A DNA stretch of 64,000 nt from Nitrospinales bacterium (GTDB taxonomy: Bacteria > Nitrospinota > Nitrospinia > Nitrospinales > VA-1): NCBI GenBank assembly GCA_965223345.1, contig CBDCWG010000012.1:128001-192000 (forward strand). The letters are read 5' to 3'. The notes under the pieces are model-generated. The model did no database searches. It saw only the letters and a list, made by a program, of their open reading frames with translations, and was not told where the DNA came from. The position numbers and the translations under genes were made by a program. This document shows positions 18,787-27,453 of this stretch, piece after piece (within the stretch, counting starts at the first letter, position 1; the number at the start of each line of letters is the position of its first letter).

Positions 18787-18842
18787 AACAGATGACCCTT
18801 TGTTTCCAGACATTTAAAAAGAAAACCCGTTTTCATACCGGT

Positions 18843-18880
18843 TGCATGGCAGCGGGTTCCATGCATGGTTCCATGCATTC
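18843..18880. promoter_or_regulatory. Shared palindromic enhancer-like sites between divergent sigma-54 promoters
   Basis: tgcatgg at 18843, CCATGCATGG at 18859-18868, CCATGCATTC at 18871-18880. Confidence 0.7.
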
Positions 18881-18952
18881 CAAGCGCGGGAGACCGCACG
18901 GTGGGCAACAAAAAGCTCCTTGTTTTTTAAGTGGTTGGGCCTCGAATCCTGT

Positions 18953-18970
18953 TTGGCACGCCACCTGCAA
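18953..18970 (+). promoter_or_regulatory. Sigma-54 promoter of the csgG operon
   Basis: TTGGCACGCCACCTGCAA (GG-N10-GC). Confidence 0.85.
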
Positions 18971-19036
18971 TAACCAGGAGCGAGAAGCTTGATTTCAGAA
19001 GAGTCCACTGTTTAAGAATTTGAAAGGGAATGCAAA

Positions 19037-20119
19037 ATGAAAACGTTCAACTTAACTTTCACGGCTATACTGGCCTTGCTGCTCCTGACGGGCTGCGGTT
19101 CCGTGAATGGAGGCGTGGGGACGTCCTACTCCACCACCGCCACCAATTACGGAGACACCGGCAACTACAGTCCGGAAGGGAAGCAGGAGGAAACGTCCCC
19201 GGACATCCGGATCGAAGAGCCGCCGAAGCCGGTGATCCGCAAGGCGCAATTTAAAAAGACCATCGCGGTCTCGCGGTTTGAGAACCGCACCACCGCGGCC
19301 GGTCAGATCAATCTGGGAAGCGGGATGTCCGACCAGCTGACCAACTCCCTGGTGCAGAGCGACAATTTCGTGGTTCTGGAACGGCAGGGGCTGTCGGACG
19401 TGCTGCAGGAACAGGATTTCGCCCGCAGCGGCCGGGCGCGCAAGAGCACGACCGCGCAGACGGGCCAGGTGATTCCGGCGCAGATCCTCATTAAGGGCAC
19501 GATCACCGAATTCCAGCAGCAGGAATCGGGCAGCGGCGCCGGCGTCAGCTACATGGGCTTCACGGTCGGCACCGAATCCACCGAAGCGCACGTCGCGCTG
19601 ATCCTGCGGATCATCGACACCACGTCGGGGCAGGTCCTCGATTCGGTGCGGCTGGAAGGCAAGGCCCGGGGCACCGGCTACAAATTCGGCGTCTCCTACA
19701 TGGGCGTCGGTTTCGAAGCCGAGAAATTCGCCAACACGGCATTGAACAAGGCGGTGCAGACGGTGATCGACCAGGCCACCCAGATGATCGCGCGCAACCT
19801 GAACGAAATTCCGTTCGAAGGCAAGATCATCAAGGTGCAGGACGACACTTTTTACACCAACATCGGCGCGCGCAACCGGGTTTCCGGCGGGGACGTGTTC
19901 GATGTGTACTCCCCCGGCGCCGAGCTGGTCGATCCGGACACCGGCGAGAAACTCGGTTCGCTGAAGAAAAAAGTGGGAACGGTGGTGATCTCCATGCCGA
20001 AGGAAAAATTCTCCAAGGCGTTCTCTTCGCAGGGTGAACTGTACAAGGAAGGCTACATCCTGAGGGAGAAAGGCACCAACGTCTCCGACGAACCTCTGGA
20101 TACGTTTGGAGAAAGCTGA
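19037..20119 (+). CDS. csgG: CsgG/HfaB-family outer-membrane lipoprotein (curli secretion pore) with an extra C-terminal FlgT-like beta domain
   Basis: Lipobox LLTGC; IAVSRFENRT, GMSDQLTNSLVQSDNFVVLERQGLSDVLQEQ and ILIKGTITEF match the CsgG pattern; adjacent to curlin genes. Confidence 0.8.
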   Translation: MKTFNLTFTAILALLLLTGCGSVNGGVGTSYSTTATNYGDTGNYSPEGKQEETSPDIRIEEPPKPVIRKAQFKKTIAVSRFENRTTAAGQINLGSGMSDQLTNSLVQSDNFVVLERQGLSDVLQEQDFARSGRARKSTTAQTGQVIPAQILIKGTITEFQQQESGSGAGVSYMGFTVGTESTEAHVALILRIIDTTSGQVLDSVRLEGKARGTGYKFGVSYMGVGFEAEKFANTALNKAVQTVIDQATQMIARNLNEIPFEGKIIKVQDDTFYTNIGARNRVSGGDVFDVYSPGAELVDPDTGEKLGSLKKKVGTVVISMPKEKFSKAFSSQGELYKEGYILREKGTNVSDEPLDTFGES

Positions 20120-20211
20120 TCGACAAGCAGGAAAGCAACCAACATTTTGCATTCAAACTTCTTCTGGAACGTTCAACATACATTTTCGAACCCTAAATCG
20201 AGGAACCCGAC

Positions 20212-20970
20212 ATGAAACGCTTTATCAACATCAACACGGAAACCATCAACCTGAGCGGCAAGCCGGCTCTGTTGAAAGCGGCGCTGATCGCAGCCGCGCT
20301 GATCGCCTCTCCGCTGAGCGCCTTCGCCCAGCAGGGCCAGAGCGTCTACGAGCAGAGCTACCAGACCACGTACGGCAACCCGTACCAGCAGGAGTCTTTC
20401 CAGCAGAACCAGCTTTCCTACGGCGCGTTCCCGGAATCCCGCCGGCCTGAGTTCAACAATTTTTACGGTGCGGAAGATCGGGCCATTTTCAGTGAAGAAA
20501 AAATGAAGCAGGACAAGTTTGACGACCTGCAGCGCGAGCTTCTGGAGACGGAACTGAGAATTCAGCGCAATGCCGCGAGAGAGCAGGAGAATTTCTTCGA
20601 TCAGAACCAGGGCGGCGGCTCGGGTGGCCAGGGTGGACAAGGCGGCCAGGGTGGCTCGGCTGGAGGTCCCGGCGGCGGCCAGGGCGGCGGTGGATTCGTC
20701 GGCGGTGGCGGCGGTTTTGGCGGTGGATTCGGTGGCGGCTTCGGCGGCAGCCTGATCCAGGGCGACAACAACCAGATCATCGTGCAGACCGGCCAGGGCA
20801 ACAGCAACCTCTCCCAGCAGGGTGACGGCAACGACGCCCAGTCCCGCAGCACCAGTGGCAGCGGCGGATCGGGAAACCAGGCGGAAGCCGCGCAGTCGGG
20901 AGACGGCAACAGCAGCTCGATCTTCCAGGAAGGCATCGGCAACAGCGCGAGCATTTCGCAGAGCAAATGA
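20212..20970 (+). CDS. Secreted Q/G-rich protein with C-terminal curlin repeats (minor/accessory curlin-like)
   Basis: Signal ending AFA; GGF/GGQ linker; IQGDNNQIIVQ…QQGDGNDA…QSGDGNSSSIFQEGIGNSASISQ. Confidence 0.7.
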   Translation: MKRFININTETINLSGKPALLKAALIAAALIASPLSAFAQQGQSVYEQSYQTTYGNPYQQESFQQNQLSYGAFPESRRPEFNNFYGAEDRAIFSEEKMKQDKFDDLQRELLETELRIQRNAAREQENFFDQNQGGGSGGQGGQGGQGGSAGGPGGGQGGGGFVGGGGGFGGGFGGGFGGSLIQGDNNQIIVQTGQGNSNLSQQGDGNDAQSRSTSGSGGSGNQAEAAQSGDGNSSSIFQEGIGNSASISQSK

Positions 20971-21128
20971 GTCTTGCGCAGGGATCGCGTCGAAAAAGCT
21001 CAATCGCGTATCTCAATAACGAAGAGGAGCTTTTTCTGCACGGGTCTTTTGGGTTCGACCCGGACGCATCCCGAGTTGCGCGGGACCTTTAACGATCAAC
21101 CCAACAACTTCTCACTGGAGAATCAACC

Positions 21129-21764
21129 ATGAATCGTTCAACGAAAAAACTTGTGATGATCGCCTGGGCTCTCTTGGTTGCACCGGCGGTCTGCTTCGCC
21201 GGCAACAATGCGCCGCACATGGACCCCGGCTACCATCCCTACTTCAAAGAGTTCGCACAACAGAATCCTCATTTGTTCGAGAACGTTCCGCAACACCTGC
21301 AGGAGTACCTGGAACTCGATGCGGCGGATGACGCGCAGGTCGCAGACAGCGGGGAAGCGATGCGCAACGACACCCGGTCTGCGATCGAAGAGCAGATGCG
21401 GCAGGCCGAAGAGAGAATGCGCCGGATGATGGAGCAGCACGAGAAGCAGATGGAATCCGCCGCTGAGGAAGACGGGGCGGTCGTCACCCGGGACGAAAAC
21501 AACAACTCCAAGGTCGTCGTGCAATCCGGAGAGAACAACCGCAAGAACCTCGAGCAGAAAGGTGAGAACAACCGGATGGGTCTGTTCCAGATGGGATCCG
21601 ACAACGAAGGCAACATCTCACAAAGCGGCAAAAACAACCAGGCGATGACCACGCAATCTGGAAAGAACAACAGAAGCACGATCATCCAGAGTGGTTCGGG
21701 CAACAGCGCGAGCATCACACAAGGTAGCAGCTCCAACTCCGCCCAAATAAATCAGGGTGACTGA
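21129..21764 (+). CDS. Secreted protein with helical N-domain and C-terminal curlin repeats (CsgB-like nucleator candidate)
   Basis: Signal ending CFA; QSGENN, QKGENN, QMGSDN, QSGKNN twice, QSGSGN repeats. Confidence 0.75.
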   Translation: MNRSTKKLVMIAWALLVAPAVCFAGNNAPHMDPGYHPYFKEFAQQNPHLFENVPQHLQEYLELDAADDAQVADSGEAMRNDTRSAIEEQMRQAEERMRRMMEQHEKQMESAAEEDGAVVTRDENNNSKVVVQSGENNRKNLEQKGENNRMGLFQMGSDNEGNISQSGKNNQAMTTQSGKNNRSTIIQSGSGNSASITQGSSSNSAQINQGD

Positions 21765-21875
21765 TTGTTGCGGGGGTTATTGCGCCGGAAAGGCTCAATA
21801 GGGGGACCCCCGGCGGAGGGAGCTGCTGCCACCCAACCAGCAGGAAGAAGACAGTGGACCTTTGCATTCTCAGCA

Positions 21876-21911
21876 CCTCCTCTCCCTTTGGGGAGAGGAG
21901 GCTTCCTGTTT
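21876..21911 (+). terminator. Hairpin/terminator after the csgG operon
   Basis: cctcctctccc-tttg-gggagaggagg 11-bp stem followed by cttcctgttt. Confidence 0.55.
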
Positions 21912-22287
21912 TCTGGATGGCAGCCGCTAACGCATCTCCAATTCCGCCGGAGGCCCCCCTCGCAACCGCATGAACCCCGTTCCTCGGAGGAGAAGCCAAA
22001 AAGCCGCACCACGACGCAAACAGAGCGCCGCAACCATCCCAAGCAAACAAATTGACAATCGGGATTTTCCGCAAAATGGCCTTGCACGGCCTATTTCGAT
22101 GTTTTACCCATTGGGGACAGAGGGCCTTTTGGGGGTGATAAAAGTCGTGGCTTTCCTCACACAAATCAGAGACAATAAGTGAAATAAGACGATTGTTTGC
22201 ATGCCAACCCTCTCCCTTGTGGTTGATATTTATCGCCTTTCAGTTGGCAACGGGAGAGGCCAAACGCTTTTGACGGGAACCGGGTGA

Positions 22288-22974
22288 ATGACTTCAAAAC
22301 ATAATTTTTTGAAACAAATCCCTATTTTTTCGGGCCTCACGGATGAGCATCTGGATGAGCTCGCCAACATCTCGATCGAGAAAACCTACCGCAAAAACCA
22401 GGTGATCTTCGATCAGGGAGATCCGGGCAATTCCCTCATCATCCTCAAGTCGGGACTGGTCAAAATATCCCTGGTCGATTCCAACAACCACGAATTCATC
22501 ATCAAGACGTTCGGCGAATGCGATTTCTTCGGCGAGATGGCACTGCTCGAGGGCGGGCTGCGCAGCGCCACCGCCACCGCAGTGGAGGACACCAGCACCC
22601 TCATCATCTTCCGGGAGGATTTCATCCGCCTGATCCAGAAAACCCCTTCGTTCGCCATGAGCATCCTGACGGAGCTGGCGTACCGCCTGCGGCGCACCAC
22701 CGAGAACCTCTCCAACCTCACCTTTTTCGACGCCTATGGCAAAGTGGCCCGCTGCCTGCTGGACCTGCGGGACAAGATCGGACGCGAAGACGGAAACGGA
22801 ACCGAGCTCAACCTGAAGCTTTCCCGGCAGGAGCTGGCGAACATGGCGGGCCTGTCGCGCGAAACCTTCACCCGCATCCTCAAGGAATTTCAGGTGCGCG
22901 GTTGTCTCGACGTGAAGGGGAAAAAGATCGTCATCCTCAACGAAAAAGTCCTGCGGCGCGAAATCAAAATCTGA
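22288..22974 (+). CDS. Crp/Fnr-family transcriptional regulator (cNMP-binding)
   Basis: FGEMALLEGGLRSATATA cNMP pocket; LSRQELANMAGLSRETFTRIL HTH. Confidence 0.92.
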   Translation: MTSKHNFLKQIPIFSGLTDEHLDELANISIEKTYRKNQVIFDQGDPGNSLIILKSGLVKISLVDSNNHEFIIKTFGECDFFGEMALLEGGLRSATATAVEDTSTLIIFREDFIRLIQKTPSFAMSILTELAYRLRRTTENLSNLTFFDAYGKVARCLLDLRDKIGREDGNGTELNLKLSRQELANMAGLSRETFTRILKEFQVRGCLDVKGKKIVILNEKVLRREIKI

Positions 22975-23038
22975 CCGCAAGGTCCTTCCCCACTCCACTT
23001 CTTCAAGCGAAAATAAAAGGCGGGACGTTGCAAGCGGA

Positions 23039-25312
23039 TTATTTTGAAGTCATGGGATAGACGCCGTCCCAGACTTCCGGCGGCGGGTTCTTTTCAAATT
23101 CCAGGCAGCGCTTTTTGAGCGTCTGGGAGGGACCGTCTTCGGGAAACATCTCGAGGACTTTTTCGAAGAACGGCAACGCCTGCTGCCAGCGGCGGTTTTT
23201 GTAGTGACGCAGGCCCTCCGCAAAAATCGGCAGCATGTCGAGCACGCGCTCGTCCACGTTGCCGGCTTTTCCGATCAATTCGTACACATTCACCGGCGTG
23301 GCGCGGCCCATGACGCGAATGGAATCCAGTTCGCGGACGACGATGAAATCCCGGGCCTGGCTGTAGGTGCTTTCGCCGATCAGACACTGGGTGCCGTATT
23401 CCTTGTTGACCGATTCGAGGCGCGCCGCCAGGTTGACCGAATCGCCGTTCATGCCGTAGTTCATGCGGTTTTTCGAACCCATGTTGCCGACGACCATGAG
23501 CCCGGTGTTGATGCCGACGCGCATGTGCAGTTCGGGTTTCCCCTCCGCCTTCCATTCCTGCCTGAGCTCGGCCAGCCGCTCCTGCATTTCGATGCCCACC
23601 CAGCAGGCCCGCTTCGCGTGTTCGTCGAAATGCAGCGGCGCGCCGAAAAACGACTTGATGGCGTCGCCGTCGTATTTGTCGAGCGTACCCTCGTACTTGA
23701 ACAGGATATTGGTCATTTCGGTCAGGTAGGTGTTGAGGTGGTTCACCAGCTCTTCGGGGCTGAGCTTCTCGGAAAAGCTGGTGAAACCGGCGATGTCGGT
23801 GAACAGCGCAGTCAGTTCCTTCTCCTCCCCGCCCAGCTTGAGTTTCGTGGGATCCTTGAGCAGCTGGTCGATGACCGTGGAAGACAGGTATTTGGTGAAC
23901 ACGCTCTGCACGAACTGCTTCTGCTTGATCTCGGTGTTGTAGCGGTAAATCAGCAGAGCGGCGAGGATCAGCGAGTTTTCCAAGAAGGGGTACACGTCGG
24001 TGATCCAGAACTTTTTATCGACGAACAACCAGTGGCTGAAATAAAACTGGCCGACGACGGTGACCGCCCAGGCCGGCAGCCCGTAAGCGGGGCGGATGCG
24101 GGAATACAGCCAGGTCAGAAAGATTCCCAGAAACACCAGATAGGCGCTGTCGGCGATGGGGATCCAGTCCGGCTGATACAGCGAATTGTTGTGCAGGATG
24201 TTGTCGATGACGGTGGCGTGGATCTCCACGCCGGGGAACGCGGAATCGAACGGCGTCAGCTTGATGTTTTCCAGTCCGGCTGCGGTGGCGCCGATCAACA
24301 CGATTTTGTCTTTCAGACTGCCCAGCGGCACTTCCTCGATGCGGTTGTGGATGATGTCGGTCACCGAGTAGTGGGGAAAGGTTTTGCCTTTGCCGACGAA
24401 GTTGATCTGCGCTTCGCCTTTTTCGTTGGTGAGGATTTTCAGGGGCACATCGCCATCGAGCAGAACGGTCTCGACGCCGACTTCATCGACGCGGAACAGC
24501 AGGGTGCCGTCGAGATATTTCTCAAGCACGCGCACGGCCAGCGGCGGGAAATAATAATCTTGCCGGGTGCCGGAGTCGTGATACTTTACGATGAGGGGCA
24601 GTTGCCGGATGGAGCGGTCGGCTTCCACGTCGATGCTGATGAAACCCACGTCCTTGACCGCTTTCGACAGGACGGGAATGTTCGATTCCACCGCGTAGGC
24701 CGAACGGAAATCGATGGCGGAAAGATCGACGTCTTCGTTGGCTTTGATGAAGCCCACAAACTGCGCCGGTTTGATGTTGTTGAAAAAACCGTGCATGGCG
24801 CTGGCGCTCAAGTGGCCCACGCCTTCGGGATCGAAGTGGAAGAAATAGCCGAGCACCGCGCGCCGGGACTTGCCCAGAACTTCGGCGAACTGGTTGTCGT
24901 AATTGGAAGCGCGGATGTAGCCTTCGAGGGTTTTGAGCACCTCGTCGTCGGTTTTCGGATTGCCTTCGAGTTCCTGGTAGAGTTTCCAGAGTTTCTGGAT
25001 TCCCGAGCTGTCGTCGCGGGACGAGAACACCATGTCGAAGCCCATCACCCGGACATCCCGCTCGACCAGCCGGTCCACCAGTTCGGTCAGTTTTCTGCGC
25101 GGCCAGGGCCAGCGGCCCAGCTCGTCGATGCTTTTTTCGTCGATCGCGGCGATCACCACTTCCGGGCCGGGCGGCAGCGGGCCGCGCAGCCGGAAATGGG
25201 CGTTTTGATACATCCTCTCGAACGGACGCAACAGGGCGGGAAGAAACCAGTGGGCCGACACCATCACTGCGGTGATCAACAATCCGATGATCCAGGGAGT
25301 CCACTTCTTCAT
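23039..25312 (-). CDS. CHASE2-domain adenylate/guanylate cyclase (class III)
   Basis: IDEKSIDELGRWPWPR and PGVEIHATVIDNIL (CHASE2), three TM helices, LFTDIAGFT, DKYDGDA, GDSVNLAARLES. Confidence 0.93.
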   Translation of the reverse strand: MKKWTPWIIGLLITAVMVSAHWFLPALLRPFERMYQNAHFRLRGPLPPGPEVVIAAIDEKSIDELGRWPWPRRKLTELVDRLVERDVRVMGFDMVFSSRDDSSGIQKLWKLYQELEGNPKTDDEVLKTLEGYIRASNYDNQFAEVLGKSRRAVLGYFFHFDPEGVGHLSASAMHGFFNNIKPAQFVGFIKANEDVDLSAIDFRSAYAVESNIPVLSKAVKDVGFISIDVEADRSIRQLPLIVKYHDSGTRQDYYFPPLAVRVLEKYLDGTLLFRVDEVGVETVLLDGDVPLKILTNEKGEAQINFVGKGKTFPHYSVTDIIHNRIEEVPLGSLKDKIVLIGATAAGLENIKLTPFDSAFPGVEIHATVIDNILHNNSLYQPDWIPIADSAYLVFLGIFLTWLYSRIRPAYGLPAWAVTVVGQFYFSHWLFVDKKFWITDVYPFLENSLILAALLIYRYNTEIKQKQFVQSVFTKYLSSTVIDQLLKDPTKLKLGGEEKELTALFTDIAGFTSFSEKLSPEELVNHLNTYLTEMTNILFKYEGTLDKYDGDAIKSFFGAPLHFDEHAKRACWVGIEMQERLAELRQEWKAEGKPELHMRVGINTGLMVVGNMGSKNRMNYGMNGDSVNLAARLESVNKEYGTQCLIGESTYSQARDFIVVRELDSIRVMGRATPVNVYELIGKAGNVDERVLDMLPIFAEGLRHYKNRRWQQALPFFEKVLEMFPEDGPSQTLKKRCLEFEKNPPPEVWDGVYPMTSK

Positions 25313-25714
25313 GTCAGAAAAAGCACCGGTCGGCCGGACACGTGCGTCCGTATTGTTTGATTTTTAATTGCGAAACCGCGCTCAAGGCGCACTTGAGACT
25401 CCGCGATCGTTTCGCATGCGAGATAAAAACGCGCATCATGTAAGAAGACTCCTTAATAAGAATCGTCTTCATGAAGCATTGGTACGGGGCAAAGTCAACC
25501 CTCAGATTATAAGAGGGTTGATTTAAAAACAAGAATTTAACAAATTTTTTTTACGAGTGGCGATCTTTCAGGGCAGCGGTTTCGGCGGACGGATCAAATG
25601 CATTGATATTCCTGCCCAACGGGCTAATCAGTTGATCCGTTTTCCTAAAAATGTCATGATTGTTTGACGCCCTGCCCCATTGACGTGATTTTTTTTTCGC
25701 ACAGGAAATGGCCC

Positions 25715-27178
25715 ATGACTGCATCCCAGCCCTCTTCATGCACCGGCAGGCGCGGAGCCTGGACTCTCGGCCTGCTGACCTTTCTCGCCGCCTTGTACGC
25801 GTCTGGCGGCGTCCCCGTCCGGGCTCAGGTGGAGAACATCTCGCGCGGTGAATTCATCGCGATTCTGGCCCGCCATCAGCCGGACAACCCCCTGCTCCCC
25901 AAAGACCACGCCAAACTGAGCGACGATGATCTGTATGCCCAGACAACCCTGCGTTTGAAAAAAACCGGATTCTCGGTGCTGGACGGCAAACCCCGGGAAA
26001 CGGTTTTGAAGGAAGCCGAATACGTCACGCTGATTTACGCCTTCACCGGGGCTCCCGCCGGGAAGAGCCTGCTGGAGCAGAAACTGTTCTTAAAGGATGC
26101 GGGTATCGTCGATTCGAAGGACATCGGCCTGGCGACCGGTGTGGAGGGCAAGGTCTACCAGACGTCGAAGGGGGACAACTTCAAGCGGCGCACGCAGCTG
26201 GCCTCGCCGGTTTTCCTGAACGACCGCATCGACACCGCCGTGAACTCCAAGGTCTCGTTCACCTTCGACGACGGCAGCACGCTGTCGCTCGCGGAAAACG
26301 CCAAGGTCAACATCAGCAAACATATCTACGACCCGGAAAAGAACACCCGCCAGACCGTCATCAACGTTTCGCTCGGCGCGGTGCGTTTCGTCGTCACCAA
26401 GGCCAAAAAGGAGAAGGGCTCGTCGTTCCAGGTCGTCACGCCGGTGGGCATCGCGGGCGTGCGGGGGACGGAGTTCGTGGTGTCGGTGGACAAGGACGGC
26501 AAGACCACGTTCGTGGTTCTGGAAGGAACCATTGAAACTATGCCGGTGCTGCCCGACAAAAAACTCGGCAAACCGACGGCGGTGACACAGGGCGAAGCGC
26601 ATCAGATCGATAAGGATGGCAACAGCACCGAAGTGAAACCCGCCAGCAAGGAGCTGCTGCAGAAAGTCAAAAAAGAAACTTCGCCGCCGGCTTCGGTGGA
26701 TGTGTACCGCGGCATCACCCGTTCCATGGCCGTGCAGGCCGCCATCGCCTCGAAAAAATTCCGCACCGCCAACAAGGGCAAGATCTTTCAGGACAGCGTC
26801 GAAGGCGAAGAGGTAAAAACGACGCTGCAGCAACCGGCGAAACCCCAGGGCGGCACCGCCGCGAAACCGGCGCCCGCGCCGGCCGCCAAACCGCAGAAGA
26901 CTGCCAAGACAACAAAAGCTCCCGGCATGGTGTTTCAGAAATCGGCGGTGGATGCGGCCAAGGAAATGCAGAACGCGCCTGAAGACGCGATGAAGGAAGC
27001 GCAGCGGGCCGCAAAAGAAGTGGCGACCAAGGAAGTGAAAAAAGCCACGCTGGAAGAAGCGGCGAAGGAAGCCAAAGAAGAAGCGCGCAAGATGACCGTC
27101 GAGGAAGGCAAACGCGCCGCGGACGACGCCGCCAAGCAGATGGGGCTCTCCCCGGCTTCCAAAGCCTCCAGCCCCTGA
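25715..27178 (+). CDS. FecR-domain exported protein with A/K/E-rich C-terminal tail
   Basis: FDDGSTLSLAENAKV, FQVVTPVGIAGVRGTEFVV and VLEGTI FecR motifs; divergent from the cyclase; start uncertain. Confidence 0.8.
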   Translation: MTASQPSSCTGRRGAWTLGLLTFLAALYASGGVPVRAQVENISRGEFIAILARHQPDNPLLPKDHAKLSDDDLYAQTTLRLKKTGFSVLDGKPRETVLKEAEYVTLIYAFTGAPAGKSLLEQKLFLKDAGIVDSKDIGLATGVEGKVYQTSKGDNFKRRTQLASPVFLNDRIDTAVNSKVSFTFDDGSTLSLAENAKVNISKHIYDPEKNTRQTVINVSLGAVRFVVTKAKKEKGSSFQVVTPVGIAGVRGTEFVVSVDKDGKTTFVVLEGTIETMPVLPDKKLGKPTAVTQGEAHQIDKDGNSTEVKPASKELLQKVKKETSPPASVDVYRGITRSMAVQAAIASKKFRTANKGKIFQDSVEGEEVKTTLQQPAKPQGGTAAKPAPAPAAKPQKTAKTTKAPGMVFQKSAVDAAKEMQNAPEDAMKEAQRAAKEVATKEVKKATLEEAAKEAKEEARKMTVEEGKRAADDAAKQMGLSPASKASSP

Positions 27179-27453
27179 AACCTGCACGGCCTAAAAAGGC
27201 CTCACACGCAACTCCGTCTCCCCACCACGCAACCACCACCTGACATTCCGACTGCAAACGCACGGCGCTGAGACACGCTGACGCTATGCCTGTGGATTCG
27301 ACAGAGCGCTGCCTCAAACGGTCAGAGCTGCCGGGATTCGGGTGTTTGGATCAGCGGATGATAAGGGAGATGCTCGGAATCAAAAAAAGGGGAGAGAGAG
27401 CCTTTAAGCTAAGCGGGCGGGACGCAAGGGGGATCATGCCGCCACCCGGCAGG

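Noticed and set aside
11000..18900. Recurrent intergenic repeats as a CRISPR array, integron cassettes or MITEs
   Set aside because: The repeats resolve into terminators, leaders, sigma-54 boxes and palindromes of paralogous genes; there is no regular repeat-spacer period and no cas, intI or transposase.
22244..22260. TTGGCAAC…GC as a sigma-54 promoter for crp
   Set aside because: Spacing is 11 nt and there is no TGC.
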